Assembly (NCBI GenBank): GCA_963695225.1 | Contig: OY968762.1 | Coordinates: 960,001 to 1,024,000, forward strand | Source of the DNA: Vulcanimicrobiota bacterium | GTDB lineage: Bacteria > Vulcanimicrobiota > Vulcanimicrobiia > Vulcanimicrobiales > Vulcanimicrobiaceae | Direction: 5' to 3' | Length of the DNA stretch: 64,000 bases | Part shown: piece after piece, positions 30,824 to 40,957 of the stretch | How positions within the stretch are numbered: the first letter of the stretch is position 1 | Layout of the letters: each line of letters opens with the position of its first letter | Made by a program: the position numbers and the translations under genes | The notes under the pieces: model-generated | What the model saw: the letters and a program-made list of their open reading frames with translations, nothing else | Told to the model about the DNA's origin: nothing | The model's database searches: none

Positions 30824-31765
30824 TCAGCCCAGGTGCCCGCGCCCGTGCGGCGCGCCGAGATCCTGGTCCGGCCCGATCGGAACGATGCGCGTGGGGTTGA
30901 TCTCGTCGTGCGTGCAGTAATAATGGCGCTTGATGTGATCGAAGTTCACCGTTGCGGCGACCCCCTCGATCTGGTAGAGGTCGCGAAGATACCCAAAGAG
31001 ATTCGTGTAATCGGCGAGGCGCCGCAAGTTGCACTTGAAGTGCCCGTGATACACAGCATCGAAACGCACCAGCGTCACAAAAAGTCTCCAATCCGTCTCC
31101 ACCGGCTCCGCCCCGAAGAGGAATCGCCGCCGTGCGAGCCGCTCTTCGAGTTCCTCCAGCGTAGCGAAGACGCGATACGCCGCTTCCTCGTAGACCCGTT
31201 GGGCGGTCGCGAATCCCGCGCGATAGACGCCGTCGTTGAGCGTCTGGAAGATGTGCTCGTTCAGTTCGTCGATCTCTGCGCGGAACCGCGCCGGGTAGAG
31301 CTCGAGGCGATGCCGCGCGAATGCGCCGAACTCCGTTTCCAGCATGCGCATGATGTCGTCGTCGGAGTTGCTGACGATCCGGCGCGTCCGTTTATCCCAC
31401 AGAACCGGAACCGTAACTCGACCGCCGTACCGCGGATCCGTCGCAAGGTACGCCTCCGCGAGGAATTGAAAGCCGTTGACAGGATCTGAGGAATAGCCTT
31501 CGCCGTCGCGAAACGCCCAGCCGCGTTCATCGCGAATTGGGTCGACGACCGTCATGCCGATCGCTTCCTCCAAGCCCTGGAGCATTCGAACGATGATGGT
31601 GCGGTGTGCCCACGGGCAAGCAAGCGAAACGTACAAGTGGTAGCGCCCGGCCTGCGCCGGGAATCCCGAACTCCCGTCGGCCGAGACCCAGCGGCGAAAC
31701 GCGTCCTCCTGGCGTATGAAACGCCCGTCGGCTTGCTCTGCGGGAAATTGCGCGTTGACGTCCAT
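30824..31765 (-). CDS. yqjG: Glutathionyl-hydroquinone reductase (YqjG/ECM4-type GST)
   Basis: YHLYVSLACPWAHR, VTVPVLWDK, GVYRAGFAT, RFDAVYHGHFKCN, HIKRHYY. Confidence 0.88.
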   Translation of the reverse strand: MDVNAQFPAEQADGRFIRQEDAFRRWVSADGSSGFPAQAGRYHLYVSLACPWAHRTIIVRMLQGLEEAIGMTVVDPIRDERGWAFRDGEGYSSDPVNGFQFLAEAYLATDPRYGGRVTVPVLWDKRTRRIVSNSDDDIMRMLETEFGAFARHRLELYPARFRAEIDELNEHIFQTLNDGVYRAGFATAQRVYEEAAYRVFATLEELEERLARRRFLFGAEPVETDWRLFVTLVRFDAVYHGHFKCNLRRLADYTNLFGYLRDLYQIEGVAATVNFDHIKRHYYCTHDEINPTRIVPIGPDQDLGAPHGRGHLG

Positions 31766-31854
31766 CGTAATCCCATAACCCACGCGCCCGCGCGGCGGTC
31801 GCACCGTGACGTTTGCCCGCGACGGTGCAGGCTCACATCGTCTATGGTACTAGG

Positions 31855-33015
31855 GTGACATCGAAACCGGTTTCGGGCAGCGCAAGCGCCGAATTGATCG
31901 ATCGCGCGGGCCTCGACGCGCTGGTCGCCATCCTCATCGCCGACGGTTATCGCGTGCTCGGCCCCGTCGTCTCCGGCGCAGCCATCGTGAACGCACCGCT
32001 CGAATCCGGAGAGGACTTGCCTGCGGGCTGGATCGACGAGCAAGCGGCCGGCCGCTACCGGCTCGTCCGCGAGCCGGGAAACGCCGTCTTCGCCCACACC
32101 GTGGGCCCGCAAGGGTGGAAGCCTCTCCTATTCCCGCCGCGGCAAACACTGTGGAAAGGTGCCGCCGAGGGCGACGGCTTCGCGGTCGAACCGGTCGCCG
32201 TCCAGGCCGTTCCGACCGCGCTCATCGGCGTGCGCGGCTGCGATCTCGCGGCGATCTCGATTCAAGATCGCATCTTCCTCGAAGGCCCCTACGTCGATAG
32301 CGGTTACGCCGCCCGGCGCGGCGCGCTCTTCATCGTCGCCGTCAACTGCGGGCGCGCCACCGAGACCTGCTTCTGCACGTCCATGGGGACGGGGCCGAAG
32401 GCCGGCCCCGGCTACGACCTTGCGCTCACCGAACTCTGCGACGCCGGCCGGCACGATTTCCTCGTGGACGCGGGCAGCGAGCGCGGTGCGAGCCTCCTTG
32501 CGCGGCTCGCCCGCCGCGCGGCCGAGCCGGCCGATCTCGCCGCTGCGGCGGAAGCGGTCGCACGAGCGGCGGCGAGCCAGGTGCGCACGATGCTCCCCGA
32601 TGCGGAACGGGTCCTCAAGGAGAGTCTCGAGCACCCGCGCTGGGAGGAAGTCGCGCAGCGCTGCCTCGCGTGCACGAACTGCACGCTCGTCTGCCCGACG
32701 TGCTTCTGCAGCACCGTCGAAGACGTGAACGGACTGGAAGGCGGCCGTTTCGAGCGGACCCGCCGCTGGGACAGCTGCTTCACGCTCGACCACAGTTACA
32801 TCCGCGGCGGCAACGTGCGTCGTAGCACGGCTTCCCGCTACCGGCAATGGCTCACGCACAAACTCGCGCATTGGCACGATCAATTCGGCACGAGCGGCTG
32901 CACCGGATGCGGCCGTTGCATCGCGTGGTGTCCGGTCCGCATCGATATCACCGAGGAAGTTTCCGCGATGGCGCGCGACGCCGTCGCGCCGGAATCAGAC
33001 GGAGGAACTGCATGA
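31855..33015 (+). CDS. Group 3b [NiFe]-hydrogenase beta (4Fe-4S dicluster) subunit
   Basis: CFCTSMG, CLACTNCTLVCPTCFC, GCTGCGRCIAWCP. Confidence 0.88.
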   Translation: MTSKPVSGSASAELIDRAGLDALVAILIADGYRVLGPVVSGAAIVNAPLESGEDLPAGWIDEQAAGRYRLVREPGNAVFAHTVGPQGWKPLLFPPRQTLWKGAAEGDGFAVEPVAVQAVPTALIGVRGCDLAAISIQDRIFLEGPYVDSGYAARRGALFIVAVNCGRATETCFCTSMGTGPKAGPGYDLALTELCDAGRHDFLVDAGSERGASLLARLARRAAEPADLAAAAEAVARAAASQVRTMLPDAERVLKESLEHPRWEEVAQRCLACTNCTLVCPTCFCSTVEDVNGLEGGRFERTRRWDSCFTLDHSYIRGGNVRRSTASRYRQWLTHKLAHWHDQFGTSGCTGCGRCIAWCPVRIDITEEVSAMARDAVAPESDGGTA

Positions 33016-33482
33016 CGATCAAGCCCAGCATCGCCGGCCTATTCGAAGGTAGAGGTTTTTTCGCGAACCTCCCGGAGCCGTTCGCCGAAATCATAGCCGA
33101 GCTCGCATCGGATCGCGATGTGAGATCCGGAGAGTTGCTGTTCCGCCACGGCGAAACTGCAGACCGGTTCTATCTCGTGCGGCGCGGCATGGTCGCAATC
33201 GAACTGTATGCGCCGGGGCGCGATCCGATCGTGGTCGAGCACGTGGAGAATGACGACGTCGTCGGCTGGTCTTGGCTCGTCCCGCCGTATCGCTGGAACT
33301 TCGACGCGCGCGCCGTCGGCCCGACGTCGCTCATCGCCATCGACGCACCTGCGCTTCGGGCGCGATGTAACGAGCAACCTCCCTTCGGGTACGAGATCGT
33401 GCGCCGGTTCATCCCGGTCATGGCGCACCGCCTCTCCAGCGCCCGCGAACGGCTCGTAGAATCGATCACGGAGCGCATATGA
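33012..33482 (+). CDS. Cyclic nucleotide-binding domain protein
   Basis: LFRHGETADRFYLVRRG, VGWSWLVPPYRW.FDARA; overlaps both neighbours. Confidence 0.85.
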   Translation: MTIKPSIAGLFEGRGFFANLPEPFAEIIAELASDRDVRSGELLFRHGETADRFYLVRRGMVAIELYAPGRDPIVVEHVENDDVVGWSWLVPPYRWNFDARAVGPTSLIAIDAPALRARCNEQPPFGYEIVRRFIPVMAHRLSSARERLVESITERI

Positions 33483-34330
33483 TCGAAGAAGCGGAGGCGC
33501 GGGCGCGGCTCGACCCGATGATTCCGCGGCCGTTCCGAATCGATCGCGTCAAGCGAGAGATCCCGGATGCCTTTAGTTGGCGGCTGCGCCCCGTAGACCG
33601 AGGGACGTTTCATTTCAAGCCGGGTCAGTTCAACATGCTCTACATGCCCGGCATCGGCGAGGTCGCGATCAGCGTCAGCGGCGATTGCCGCGAGCCCTCG
33701 TTTCTCACGCACACGATCCGCGCGGTCGGCTCGGTCACGATGGCGATGCAAGAGCTCCAAGCCGGCGCGACGATCGGCGTGCGCGGTCCCTTCGGCACCG
33801 GCTGGCCGATCGAAGCGGCCTACGGGCACGACGTGGTCTTCGTCACGGGCACGATCGGCCTTGCCCCGCTCCGTCCGCTGATTTACGAGGTGTTGCACCG
33901 GCGCGAGCACTTCGGGAAAGTCATCATTTGCTACGGCTCGCGCGGCGTCGACGACATCCTGTATGAGAAAGAGCTGCAAGAGTGGCGCGGCCGCTTCGAC
34001 ATGGAAGTCCACGTGACGGTCCACACCGCGCCGAGCGGATACCGCGGCCGCGTCGGCAGCGTCGCCGCGGCGATCAAGGTCTCGCGCTTCGACGGGCCCA
34101 ACACCGTCGCGTTCGTCTGCCGGTCCGAGGCGATGACGCGCCCCGCCGTGATGGCGCTGGGCGAAGCGGGCGTCACGCCGGATCGCATCTACGTCACGCT
34201 CGAGCGCAGCATGAAGTGTGGGATCGGCTTCTGCGGGCACTGCCAGTTCGGCCCGACGTTCATGTGCAAAGAGGGGCCGGTCTACCGCTTCGACCGCATC
34301 GAGCGCATCTTCTCGCTACGGGAGTTCTGA
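33479..34330 (+). CDS. Group 3b hydrogenase gamma (FAD/NAD(P)-binding, 2Fe-2S) subunit
   Basis: [26 protein letters not shown]....C..GPV. Confidence 0.88.
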   Translation: MIEEAEARARLDPMIPRPFRIDRVKREIPDAFSWRLRPVDRGTFHFKPGQFNMLYMPGIGEVAISVSGDCREPSFLTHTIRAVGSVTMAMQELQAGATIGVRGPFGTGWPIEAAYGHDVVFVTGTIGLAPLRPLIYEVLHRREHFGKVIICYGSRGVDDILYEKELQEWRGRFDMEVHVTVHTAPSGYRGRVGSVAAAIKVSRFDGPNTVAFVCRSEAMTRPAVMALGEAGVTPDRIYVTLERSMKCGIGFCGHCQFGPTFMCKEGPVYRFDRIERIFSLREF

Positions 34331-34332
34331 CG

Positions 34333-35127
34333 ATGGCGAAGCTCGAGAGGCCGAAGCTCGCAGTCTGGAAGTTCTCTTCGTGCGACGGCTGCCAGCTCAG
34401 CATCCTCGATTGCGAGGACGAGCTCCTCGCGATCGCGGGCGCGTTCCGGATCTCGTACTTCCTCGAGGCGACGCGCGCGCAGATCCGCGGCCCGTACGAC
34501 ATCTCGCTCGTCGAAGGTTCCATCGCCACCGCGCACGATATCGAACGGATCAAGCAGGTCCGCAAGCAATCGAAGATCCTCGTCACGATCGGCGCCTGCG
34601 CGACCTCCGGCGGAATCCAGGCCTTGCGCAACTTCCGCGACCACGCCGAGTTTTCGAATGCCGTTTACGCGCACCCCGATTACATCGACAGCCTCGCGAC
34701 CTCGACCCCGGTCGCCGACCACGTCGCCGTCGATTTCGAGATGCGCGGCTGCCCGATCGACAAGCAGCAAGCCCTCGACGGCCTCTCGGCCTACTTGAAC
34801 GGCCGCAGGCCGCGCTACCCCGCGCACGGCGTGTGCGTCGAATGCAAGCTTGCAGGCGCCGTCTGCGTCATGGTCGCGCGCGGCACGCCGTGCTTGGGGC
34901 CCGTGACCTACGCCGGCTGCGGAGCGCTGTGCCCGCGGCACGATCGCGGGTGCTACGGCTGTTTCGGCCCGAAGGAATCGCCGAACACCGCGAGCCTCAG
35001 CGCCGAGTTCGCGCGCAACGGCGCGGGCCCGCGCGAGCTCGCCGGGATGTATCGCTCCTTCAACGCGAACGCCGAAGGGTTCCGGCAACAAGGGGACGTC
35101 CACGAACGGGAAGGCCGCGAGCAATGA
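34333..35127 (+). CDS. Group 3b hydrogenase small (delta) subunit
   Basis: [37 protein letters not shown]. Confidence 0.9.
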   Translation: MAKLERPKLAVWKFSSCDGCQLSILDCEDELLAIAGAFRISYFLEATRAQIRGPYDISLVEGSIATAHDIERIKQVRKQSKILVTIGACATSGGIQALRNFRDHAEFSNAVYAHPDYIDSLATSTPVADHVAVDFEMRGCPIDKQQALDGLSAYLNGRRPRYPAHGVCVECKLAGAVCVMVARGTPCLGPVTYAGCGALCPRHDRGCYGCFGPKESPNTASLSAEFARNGAGPRELAGMYRSFNANAEGFRQQGDVHEREGREQ

Positions 35128-36431
35128 GCGGCAGCGAACGCCGTACCCGCACGATCCGCGTCGAAGCCCTGGCCCGCGTCGAGGGCGAGGGCGCTTTGAA
35201 CGTCCGCGTCAAGGACGGGAAGGTGACGGAGCTGTCGTTCCGGATCTTCGAGCCGCCACGGTATTTCGAAGCGCTGCTGCGCGGCCGGCCCTACGGCGAC
35301 GTCCCCGATATCGCCTCGCGGATCTGCGGGATCTGCCCGATCGCCTACAATCTCGGGGCGAGCCTCGCGATCGAAGACGCGTTCGGCATCGCGGTCGGCG
35401 GGCAGCTTCACGCGTTGCGGCGGCTCGCGTATTGCGGCGAATGGGTGCAAAGCCACGTCCTGCATACACACATGCTGCACGCGCCGGACTTTCTCGGATA
35501 TCAGGACGCGTTCGAAATGAGCCGCGACCACCCCGGCGTCGTCGAGGCCGCGCTCGCCGTCAAGAAGACGGGGAACGCGCTGATGGAGGCGGTCGGAGGC
35601 CGCGCGGTCCATCCGGTCAACCTGCGCGTCGGCGGCTTCTACAAGGTCCCGGCGCGCGCCGCGATCCGCGCGCTCGCAGAGCCGCTCGAGCGGGCGATCG
35701 AGGGTGCGATCGAAACGACGCGCTTCTTCAGCCGCTTCGAATTCCCGGATTACGAGTACGACTACATCTTCGTCGCGCTGCACGATCCCGCCGAGTACGC
35801 GATCGAGCGCGGGCAGATCACTTCGAATCACGGCCTCGCGATCGCAACGAGCGAGTTCGAGGAGCATTTCGGCGAGGAGCAGGCGCCCCACTCGACGGCG
35901 CTGCACGGCTTCATGAAGGGCGACGAACGCCCGTATCTGCTCGGGCCGTTGGCGCGCTACGCGCTCAATTACGACCAGCTCTCGCCGCTCGCGAAGCAAC
36001 TCGCGGGCGAAGCGGGCCTAGGGAGCGTCGTGCGCAATCCGTTCAAGAGCTTGCTCGTGCGCGCGATCGAAACGGCATACGCGTTGGAAGAGGCGCTGCG
36101 AATCGTCAAAGCTTACGAGGAGCCGGACGTTCCCGCGGTCCCCGTCGAGGTGCGGTCCGGGCGCGGTTTCGGCGTCACGGAGGCACCGCGCGGGCTCTGC
36201 TACCACCGCTACGACGTCGATGCCGGCGGCTTCATCGAGAGCGCGAACATCGTGCCGCCCACGTCGCAAAACCAGAAGCAGATCGAACACGACCTGCGCG
36301 ACATCGTCGAGGCGAACCTCGCGCTCTCCGACGAAGCCCTCAAGTGGCGCTGCGAGCAGACAATCCGCAATTACGACCCGTGCATCTCCTGCGCCGCCCA
36401 CGCGCTGCATTTCACGATCGTCCGGGACTAG
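35124..36431 (+). CDS. Group 3b [NiFe]-hydrogenase large (alpha) subunit
   Basis: ARVEGEG, L1 RICGICP, EAPRG, L2 DPCISCAAH plus a short C-terminal extension. Confidence 0.93.
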   Translation: MSGSERRTRTIRVEALARVEGEGALNVRVKDGKVTELSFRIFEPPRYFEALLRGRPYGDVPDIASRICGICPIAYNLGASLAIEDAFGIAVGGQLHALRRLAYCGEWVQSHVLHTHMLHAPDFLGYQDAFEMSRDHPGVVEAALAVKKTGNALMEAVGGRAVHPVNLRVGGFYKVPARAAIRALAEPLERAIEGAIETTRFFSRFEFPDYEYDYIFVALHDPAEYAIERGQITSNHGLAIATSEFEEHFGEEQAPHSTALHGFMKGDERPYLLGPLARYALNYDQLSPLAKQLAGEAGLGSVVRNPFKSLLVRAIETAYALEEALRIVKAYEEPDVPAVPVEVRSGRGFGVTEAPRGLCYHRYDVDAGGFIESANIVPPTSQNQKQIEHDLRDIVEANLALSDEALKWRCEQTIRNYDPCISCAAHALHFTIVRD

Positions 36432-36517
36432 CGGCCCGCATGTCTCGCCGGCGGCGCTCGTGGGCACTAGGGCAGGTAGCAACCAATGACGCGCACTGCT
36501 AACTGCCGCCGAAGGGT

Positions 36518-38560
36518 TTGCATTGGCTCGACCGCTCGATTTCATTGCAGACGAATCGCAATAGCCGACTCAGCCTCGGGATAGCCGCAATCGTCGTCGC
36601 GATCGCGTCGTTCTCCGCCTGCGGAGGCGGAGGCGGCGGCGGCACGCAGCCCATGCCGAACGCGCCGCCGAGTCCCGCGCAAACCGTAGGCTCGCCGAGC
36701 GCTTCGCCGAGTGCGTCGCCTCTTCCATCGGCCACGCCGGTGCCGACCGCTTCCCCGGCCCCGACGGGTAGCGCAGGGCCGACCGCCACGCCGAAGCCTA
36801 CCGCCACGCCCGTTCCGACGCCGGCGCCGTCGCCGTCGCCCGCAACCACGCCCACGCCCACACCGACGCCGGGCGCCACGGCGACGCCCTCACCGTCGCC
36901 CGCGCCCACAAAGACGCCGACGCCCGTCCCCTCCGCAACGCCTTCGCCGGCGCCGACTGCAAGCCCGACGCCCGCTCCGACGAAGACTCCGACCCCGCCG
37001 CCGACGCCAAGCCCAACGCCGACCACCGGGGGCAGCCCGCCGCCGCTGACGGGGCCGACCGGCAATCCTTATGGATGGGGGCCGACGGGCGTCGCAAACG
37101 CGTTCGCGTTTCCCGTCCAATACGGCTACGACGGAACGGGCACGACCGTCGCCGTCATCATCGATTCCGACGTGTCGCGCGCCGATCTCGCCGCATACAC
37201 GTCGGCGTTCAAGACGCCGTCGACCGGCCGCCAGGTTACGACGATTTCAGTCGACGGCGGCGGCCAGACGGCCGTGGATTTGGAAACGACGCTCGACGTG
37301 GAAACGATCGCCGGGCTGGCACCGGGGGCGGACATCCGCATCTACGCAATGCCGGACCTCAGCGACATGAGCATCAACGATGCGTACAACCAAGTCATCG
37401 CGGACGGCGTGGCAAAGATCGCGAGCATGTCGTTCGCCGGCTGTGAAGGCCCGTACGATTCCGTCACGACGTCGCCCATCTTACAAAACGGCGTCAACAG
37501 CGGCGTCACCTTCGTTGCCTCATCCGGGGACCAGGGGAACGAATGCTATAACAACGGCATCTATCAGCCCGGGGTGCAGTATCCGGCAAGCGACCCGAAC
37601 GTCGTCGGCGTAGGCGGCAATGAAACGCCGTACGGTCTCGCGCCATTGACGAAGCCCGTCGCTTGGAACGACAGCTATAGCGTCGCCGGGCAGCTGGCAA
37701 CCGGAGGCGGAGTCTCCGCTTACGCGCCGCTTCCGTCCTTTCAAAGCGGACTTCCCGGTCTCGCCTCCACGCAGTATCGGAACGTTCCGGACGTTTCGCT
37801 GCCCGCCGTCGGTGCGGCAATCTACGAAAGCGGGTGGGGTTCCGTCTTGGGAACTTCGTGGTCGGCGCCTCAATTCGCCGCCATGCTGGCCGAAATCCGG
37901 GAGTATTGCCGTGCCGACTTAGGAAACGTCAACGCTCGTCTCTACTCAGCCTACAGGAGTGCCGGCAGCACCGATTTCATCGACGTCACCGGCGGTAACA
38001 ATCAGTTCAAGGGAACCGCGCCGTTCTACGTCGCGGCGCCCGGCTACGACAACGCGACGGGGCTCGGACTTCCGCTGGGGATGCCGCTCGCACAGACGAT
38101 GTGCCCAAATCGCGTCTTGACGTCGGGGCCGCGCCGGGCCGAAGGTCAAGCCGTTCTTTCACGTGCTGCGGCCGTACCATACGTCACCGACCTTCGGCCG
38201 GCCGTGCGCAACATCCAAGACGCCGGGCGGCGAACCAGCATCTCGCTCACATCGATTCAGATCGTCCTGCGACCGACGGCCACGCTTGCGTCGGACGAAG
38301 CGGCGGTCGTCGCGGCCCTTCGTGCGGCAGGTCTCACGATCACGAGAACCTTCGCCAATCACCTCGTCATCGATGCGCGCGGGCCGGCCGGCGCAATCGA
38401 AAGCCTCTTCCAAACGACCCTCGACGACTTCGATCAACCCGGTCACGGCATCCGCTACGCGCCGGTATCGAGGACGACGGTCCCGGGGAGTCTCGCACCG
38501 TACGTCAGCGGCATCATCCTGGATAACGTCGTGAGGGCACATCACCTGCGAGAGCCGTGA
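36518..38560 (+). CDS. S53 (sedolisin) peptidase, probable lipoprotein, Pro/Thr-rich linker, propeptide-like domain at C-terminus (start uncertain)
   Basis: Lipobox-like FSAC; ETTLD (Glu/Asp), SSGD, YPASDP, VPDVS, GTS (Ser), GYDNATGLG. Confidence 0.85.
   Translation: MHWLDRSISLQTNRNSRLSLGIAAIVVAIASFSACGGGGGGGTQPMPNAPPSPAQTVGSPSASPSASPLPSATPVPTASPAPTGSAGPTATPKPTATPVPTPAPSPSPATTPTPTPTPGATATPSPSPAPTKTPTPVPSATPSPAPTASPTPAPTKTPTPPPTPSPTPTTGGSPPPLTGPTGNPYGWGPTGVANAFAFPVQYGYDGTGTTVAVIIDSDVSRADLAAYTSAFKTPSTGRQVTTISVDGGGQTAVDLETTLDVETIAGLAPGADIRIYAMPDLSDMSINDAYNQVIADGVAKIASMSFAGCEGPYDSVTTSPILQNGVNSGVTFVASSGDQGNECYNNGIYQPGVQYPASDPNVVGVGGNETPYGLAPLTKPVAWNDSYSVAGQLATGGGVSAYAPLPSFQSGLPGLASTQYRNVPDVSLPAVGAAIYESGWGSVLGTSWSAPQFAAMLAEIREYCRADLGNVNARLYSAYRSAGSTDFIDVTGGNNQFKGTAPFYVAAPGYDNATGLGLPLGMPLAQTMCPNRVLTSGPRRAEGQAVLSRAAAVPYVTDLRPAVRNIQDAGRRTSISLTSIQIVLRPTATLASDEAAVVAALRAAGLTITRTFANHLVIDARGPAGAIESLFQTTLDDFDQPGHGIRYAPVSRTTVPGSLAPYVSGIILDNVVRAHHLREP
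36655..37060 (+). repeat. Low-complexity Pro/Thr/Ser (PT)n coding repeats
   Basis: PTATPKPTATPVPTP...PSPAPTKTPTP repeated. Confidence 0.8.
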
Positions 38561-38581
38561 CCCCCGGAGGCGCGGTGAATT

Positions 38582-38806
38582 CTACTGCGGTGGTTTCCAC
38601 GTGAAGAGCAACCCCAGGGCGAGCGCGAGTATCGCGACGCCCCACACGATTGCGACCGCTACGAGCCACGGCCGTCTCGCCTGCTTCGGCCGCTCCTCTT
38701 CGGGAAGACGGCTCAGCCACGCCGCACGAAGGCCCAGCACGATCGGCGGCGCGATAATAAGCACGTAGAGCGCGCGATACAGCTTGTAAAACGACGGATC
38801 TTGCAA
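38582..38806 (-). CDS. Small two-TM hypothetical protein
   Basis: Two hydrophobic segments; TTG start behind GGGGA. Confidence 0.5.
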   Translation of the reverse strand: MQDPSFYKLYRALYVLIIAPPIVLGLRAAWLSRLPEEERPKQARRPWLVAVAIVWGVAILALALGLLFTWKPPQ

Positions 38807-38893
38807 GACGGAATCCCCCCGGCAACGCCGATGCCTGCAGGGCCTAACCGTTAGTTCCCCCACCGTCTCACTACGAGACATCGACCTAGTCGC

Positions 38894-40867
38894 TCAGCGC
38901 AGGAAGTGCGTGCGCCACAGGTGCGCGTTCACGAACGGCCAGAGCGCCTCGCCCTCGTACCAATTCCAGACGGCATCGCCGCGCTTGCGCTCGACGAAGG
39001 CGCGCACGGCGCTGCCGTCCCAGAGTTCGCTTTCGACGAAGGCCGGCTCGTTCACCACGCCCCAGAGCCAGTCGCGTAACGGTCCGCCGAACCACTGCGG
39101 GAGCGGGGCGTTGAAGCCGATCTTGCTGCGCCGCGTGCGCACTTCCTCGGGAACGATGCCGCGCATCGCCTCGCGCAGGATCCGCTTCGAATAGCCGCCG
39201 CCGATCTTGCTCTCGTCCGGCAGCGAAAACGCATACCGAACGATCCGCCAATCGAGGAACGCGTTGCGGATCTCGACGCCGTGCGCCATCGAGGCCCGAT
39301 CGAACATACGCAGGATCGCCGGGAGTTTCGTCGCGTGGAACTCCCCGAAGAGGAACGCGCCGAGCGGCGACAAGCCCGCCGCCGACGCTTCGGCCTGGGC
39401 GCGCAGCGGTACGTCCGACCGCTCGTACCCGCGGATCATCGCATCCCGCGCGTAGCGCTTCGCTCCCCTGACGTGGCCGTTCGCGCCGCGCCGGACGCGC
39501 GCATAGAGCTTGCGCGCAGGAGAGGAGAGCCCGCGCAGGGCGGCGTCGTTTCGCAATGCGAGGCGCAGCCGTCCCGTGCGGCCGACAGGCCCGTTGTCCC
39601 CCGGCAGATGGTAGCGCGTCTCGACGAGATCGGCGAAGCGCCCCGGCGCTGCAAAGAAGCCTCCGGACGTTCCGAGCGCGTAATCCGTGTGGTGCAGGTA
39701 GCCGCCGAACAACTCGTCGGCGCCGTCGCCGTTGAGCGCGACCGTGACGCCCGCGCCACGCAACGCCCCGTAGAGCGACCAAACCGGCGTGTTGTCGGTG
39801 AACCACGGCTCTTCGAGATCCCGAACGACGCGCTCGACCTCTTCGACCGTTCGCCCGGCTTCAACCGGAATCCGATCGAGGGGCACGCGGGCGGCTCGCG
39901 CGACGAGTTCGGCGTAACGAAGCTCGTCGAGGGGCGTGCCGGCGAACGTCGCCGTAAAGGCTCGCTTCCATTCCGGCGCGTACCGTTCGCGAGCGTCGCT
40001 CTCGCGCGACCCGTCTTCGAGCGCGACGAGCGAACACAGCACGGCGCTCGAATCGAGCCCCCCGCTTAGCGCGATCCCGACCCGAACGTCGCTGCGCAGG
40101 CGCAAGCGCGCGGCATCGAAGAGCAGACCGCGAAGCTCCGCAGCCTGCGCGGCCAAGCCCTTCGGCGGTCGAGCGAGATGTTCGAGCGTATTCCACCACC
40201 GCCGGACGCGCGGCGCGCCGCTCGAGACGGTCAGGCAATGCCCGGGTAAGAGGCGCGTGACGCCCCGCAAGAGCGACTCGTCGTAGGCTTCGGCCGCGAG
40301 CGGATCGTCGAGCGCGCGAGCGAGCGCGGGCGTGCATTCGCGTGCCTCGAAATCGTCGAGCGCGAGGAACGCTTTCAACTCGGAGGCGAAGGCGAAGCGC
40401 CGCTCGGAAGCGGCGAAGTAGAGCGGCTTCACGCCGAAGCGGTCTCGGGAAAGGAACAGGCGCCGCTCGCGCACGTCCCACAGCGCGAAGGCCCACATCC
40501 CGTTGAAGCGGGCCTGGCAATCCTCGCCCCAGCGATCATAGGCGGCCGCAATCACTTCCGTATCGGTTTGCGTCGCGAACCGGTAACCGGCCGCTTCGAG
40601 TTCGCTCCGCAATTCGAGGAAGTTGTAGACCTCGCCGTTGTATGCGATCCAATAGCGCCCCTCGACGCAACGCATCGGCTGATGCCCGGAGGGCGTCGGA
40701 TCGAGGATCGCGAGGCGGCGGTGTCCGAGCGCGAGGGCGGCGTCGCGATCGATCAGCGTTCCTTCGCCGTCCGGCCCGCGGTGGGCGAGCGAACGCGTGA
40801 AGCGCTCGATCGTCTCCGCCCGAACCGGCGCCCCGTCAAGATTCCACACGCCGGCTATCCCGCACAT
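38894..40867 (-). CDS. asnB: Asparagine synthase (glutamine-hydrolysing) family amidotransferase
   Basis: MCGIAG, HRGPD, GHRRLAI, NGEVYN, RDRFGVKPLY, LSGGLDSS, GDGADELFGGY. Confidence 0.88.
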   Translation of the reverse strand: MCGIAGVWNLDGAPVRAETIERFTRSLAHRGPDGEGTLIDRDAALALGHRRLAILDPTPSGHQPMRCVEGRYWIAYNGEVYNFLELRSELEAAGYRFATQTDTEVIAAAYDRWGEDCQARFNGMWAFALWDVRERRLFLSRDRFGVKPLYFAASERRFAFASELKAFLALDDFEARECTPALARALDDPLAAEAYDESLLRGVTRLLPGHCLTVSSGAPRVRRWWNTLEHLARPPKGLAAQAAELRGLLFDAARLRLRSDVRVGIALSGGLDSSAVLCSLVALEDGSRESDARERYAPEWKRAFTATFAGTPLDELRYAELVARAARVPLDRIPVEAGRTVEEVERVVRDLEEPWFTDNTPVWSLYGALRGAGVTVALNGDGADELFGGYLHHTDYALGTSGGFFAAPGRFADLVETRYHLPGDNGPVGRTGRLRLALRNDAALRGLSSPARKLYARVRRGANGHVRGAKRYARDAMIRGYERSDVPLRAQAEASAAGLSPLGAFLFGEFHATKLPAILRMFDRASMAHGVEIRNAFLDWRIVRYAFSLPDESKIGGGYSKRILREAMRGIVPEEVRTRRSKIGFNAPLPQWFGGPLRDWLWGVVNEPAFVESELWDGSAVRAFVERKRGDAVWNWYEGEALWPFVNAHLWRTHFLR

Positions 40868-40898
40868 CCGTCGGTTCCTACGCCCATGACGCGCGGCG

Positions 40899-40939
40899 TC
40901 CTCCGACAGGCTCAGGATGCCGTCGCGGCTCAGGATGAC
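40899..40939. repeat. REP-like element (TCCTCCGACAGGCTCAGGATG plus partial copy GGCTCAGGATGAC)
   Basis: GGCTCAGGATG occurs twice here; a similar copy is at 47474-47499. Confidence 0.55.
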
Positions 40940-40957
40940 GTAAGGCCGGCCGCCTGA

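Noticed and set aside
36655..37060. CRISPR array or non-coding tandem repeat
   Set aside because: Degenerate in-frame Pro/Thr coding linker with no repeat-spacer structure; no cas genes in the window.
38894..40867. Lasso peptide cyclase / RiPP cluster
   Set aside because: The protein keeps the N-terminal Cys glutaminase domain, and no B protein or precursor is nearby.
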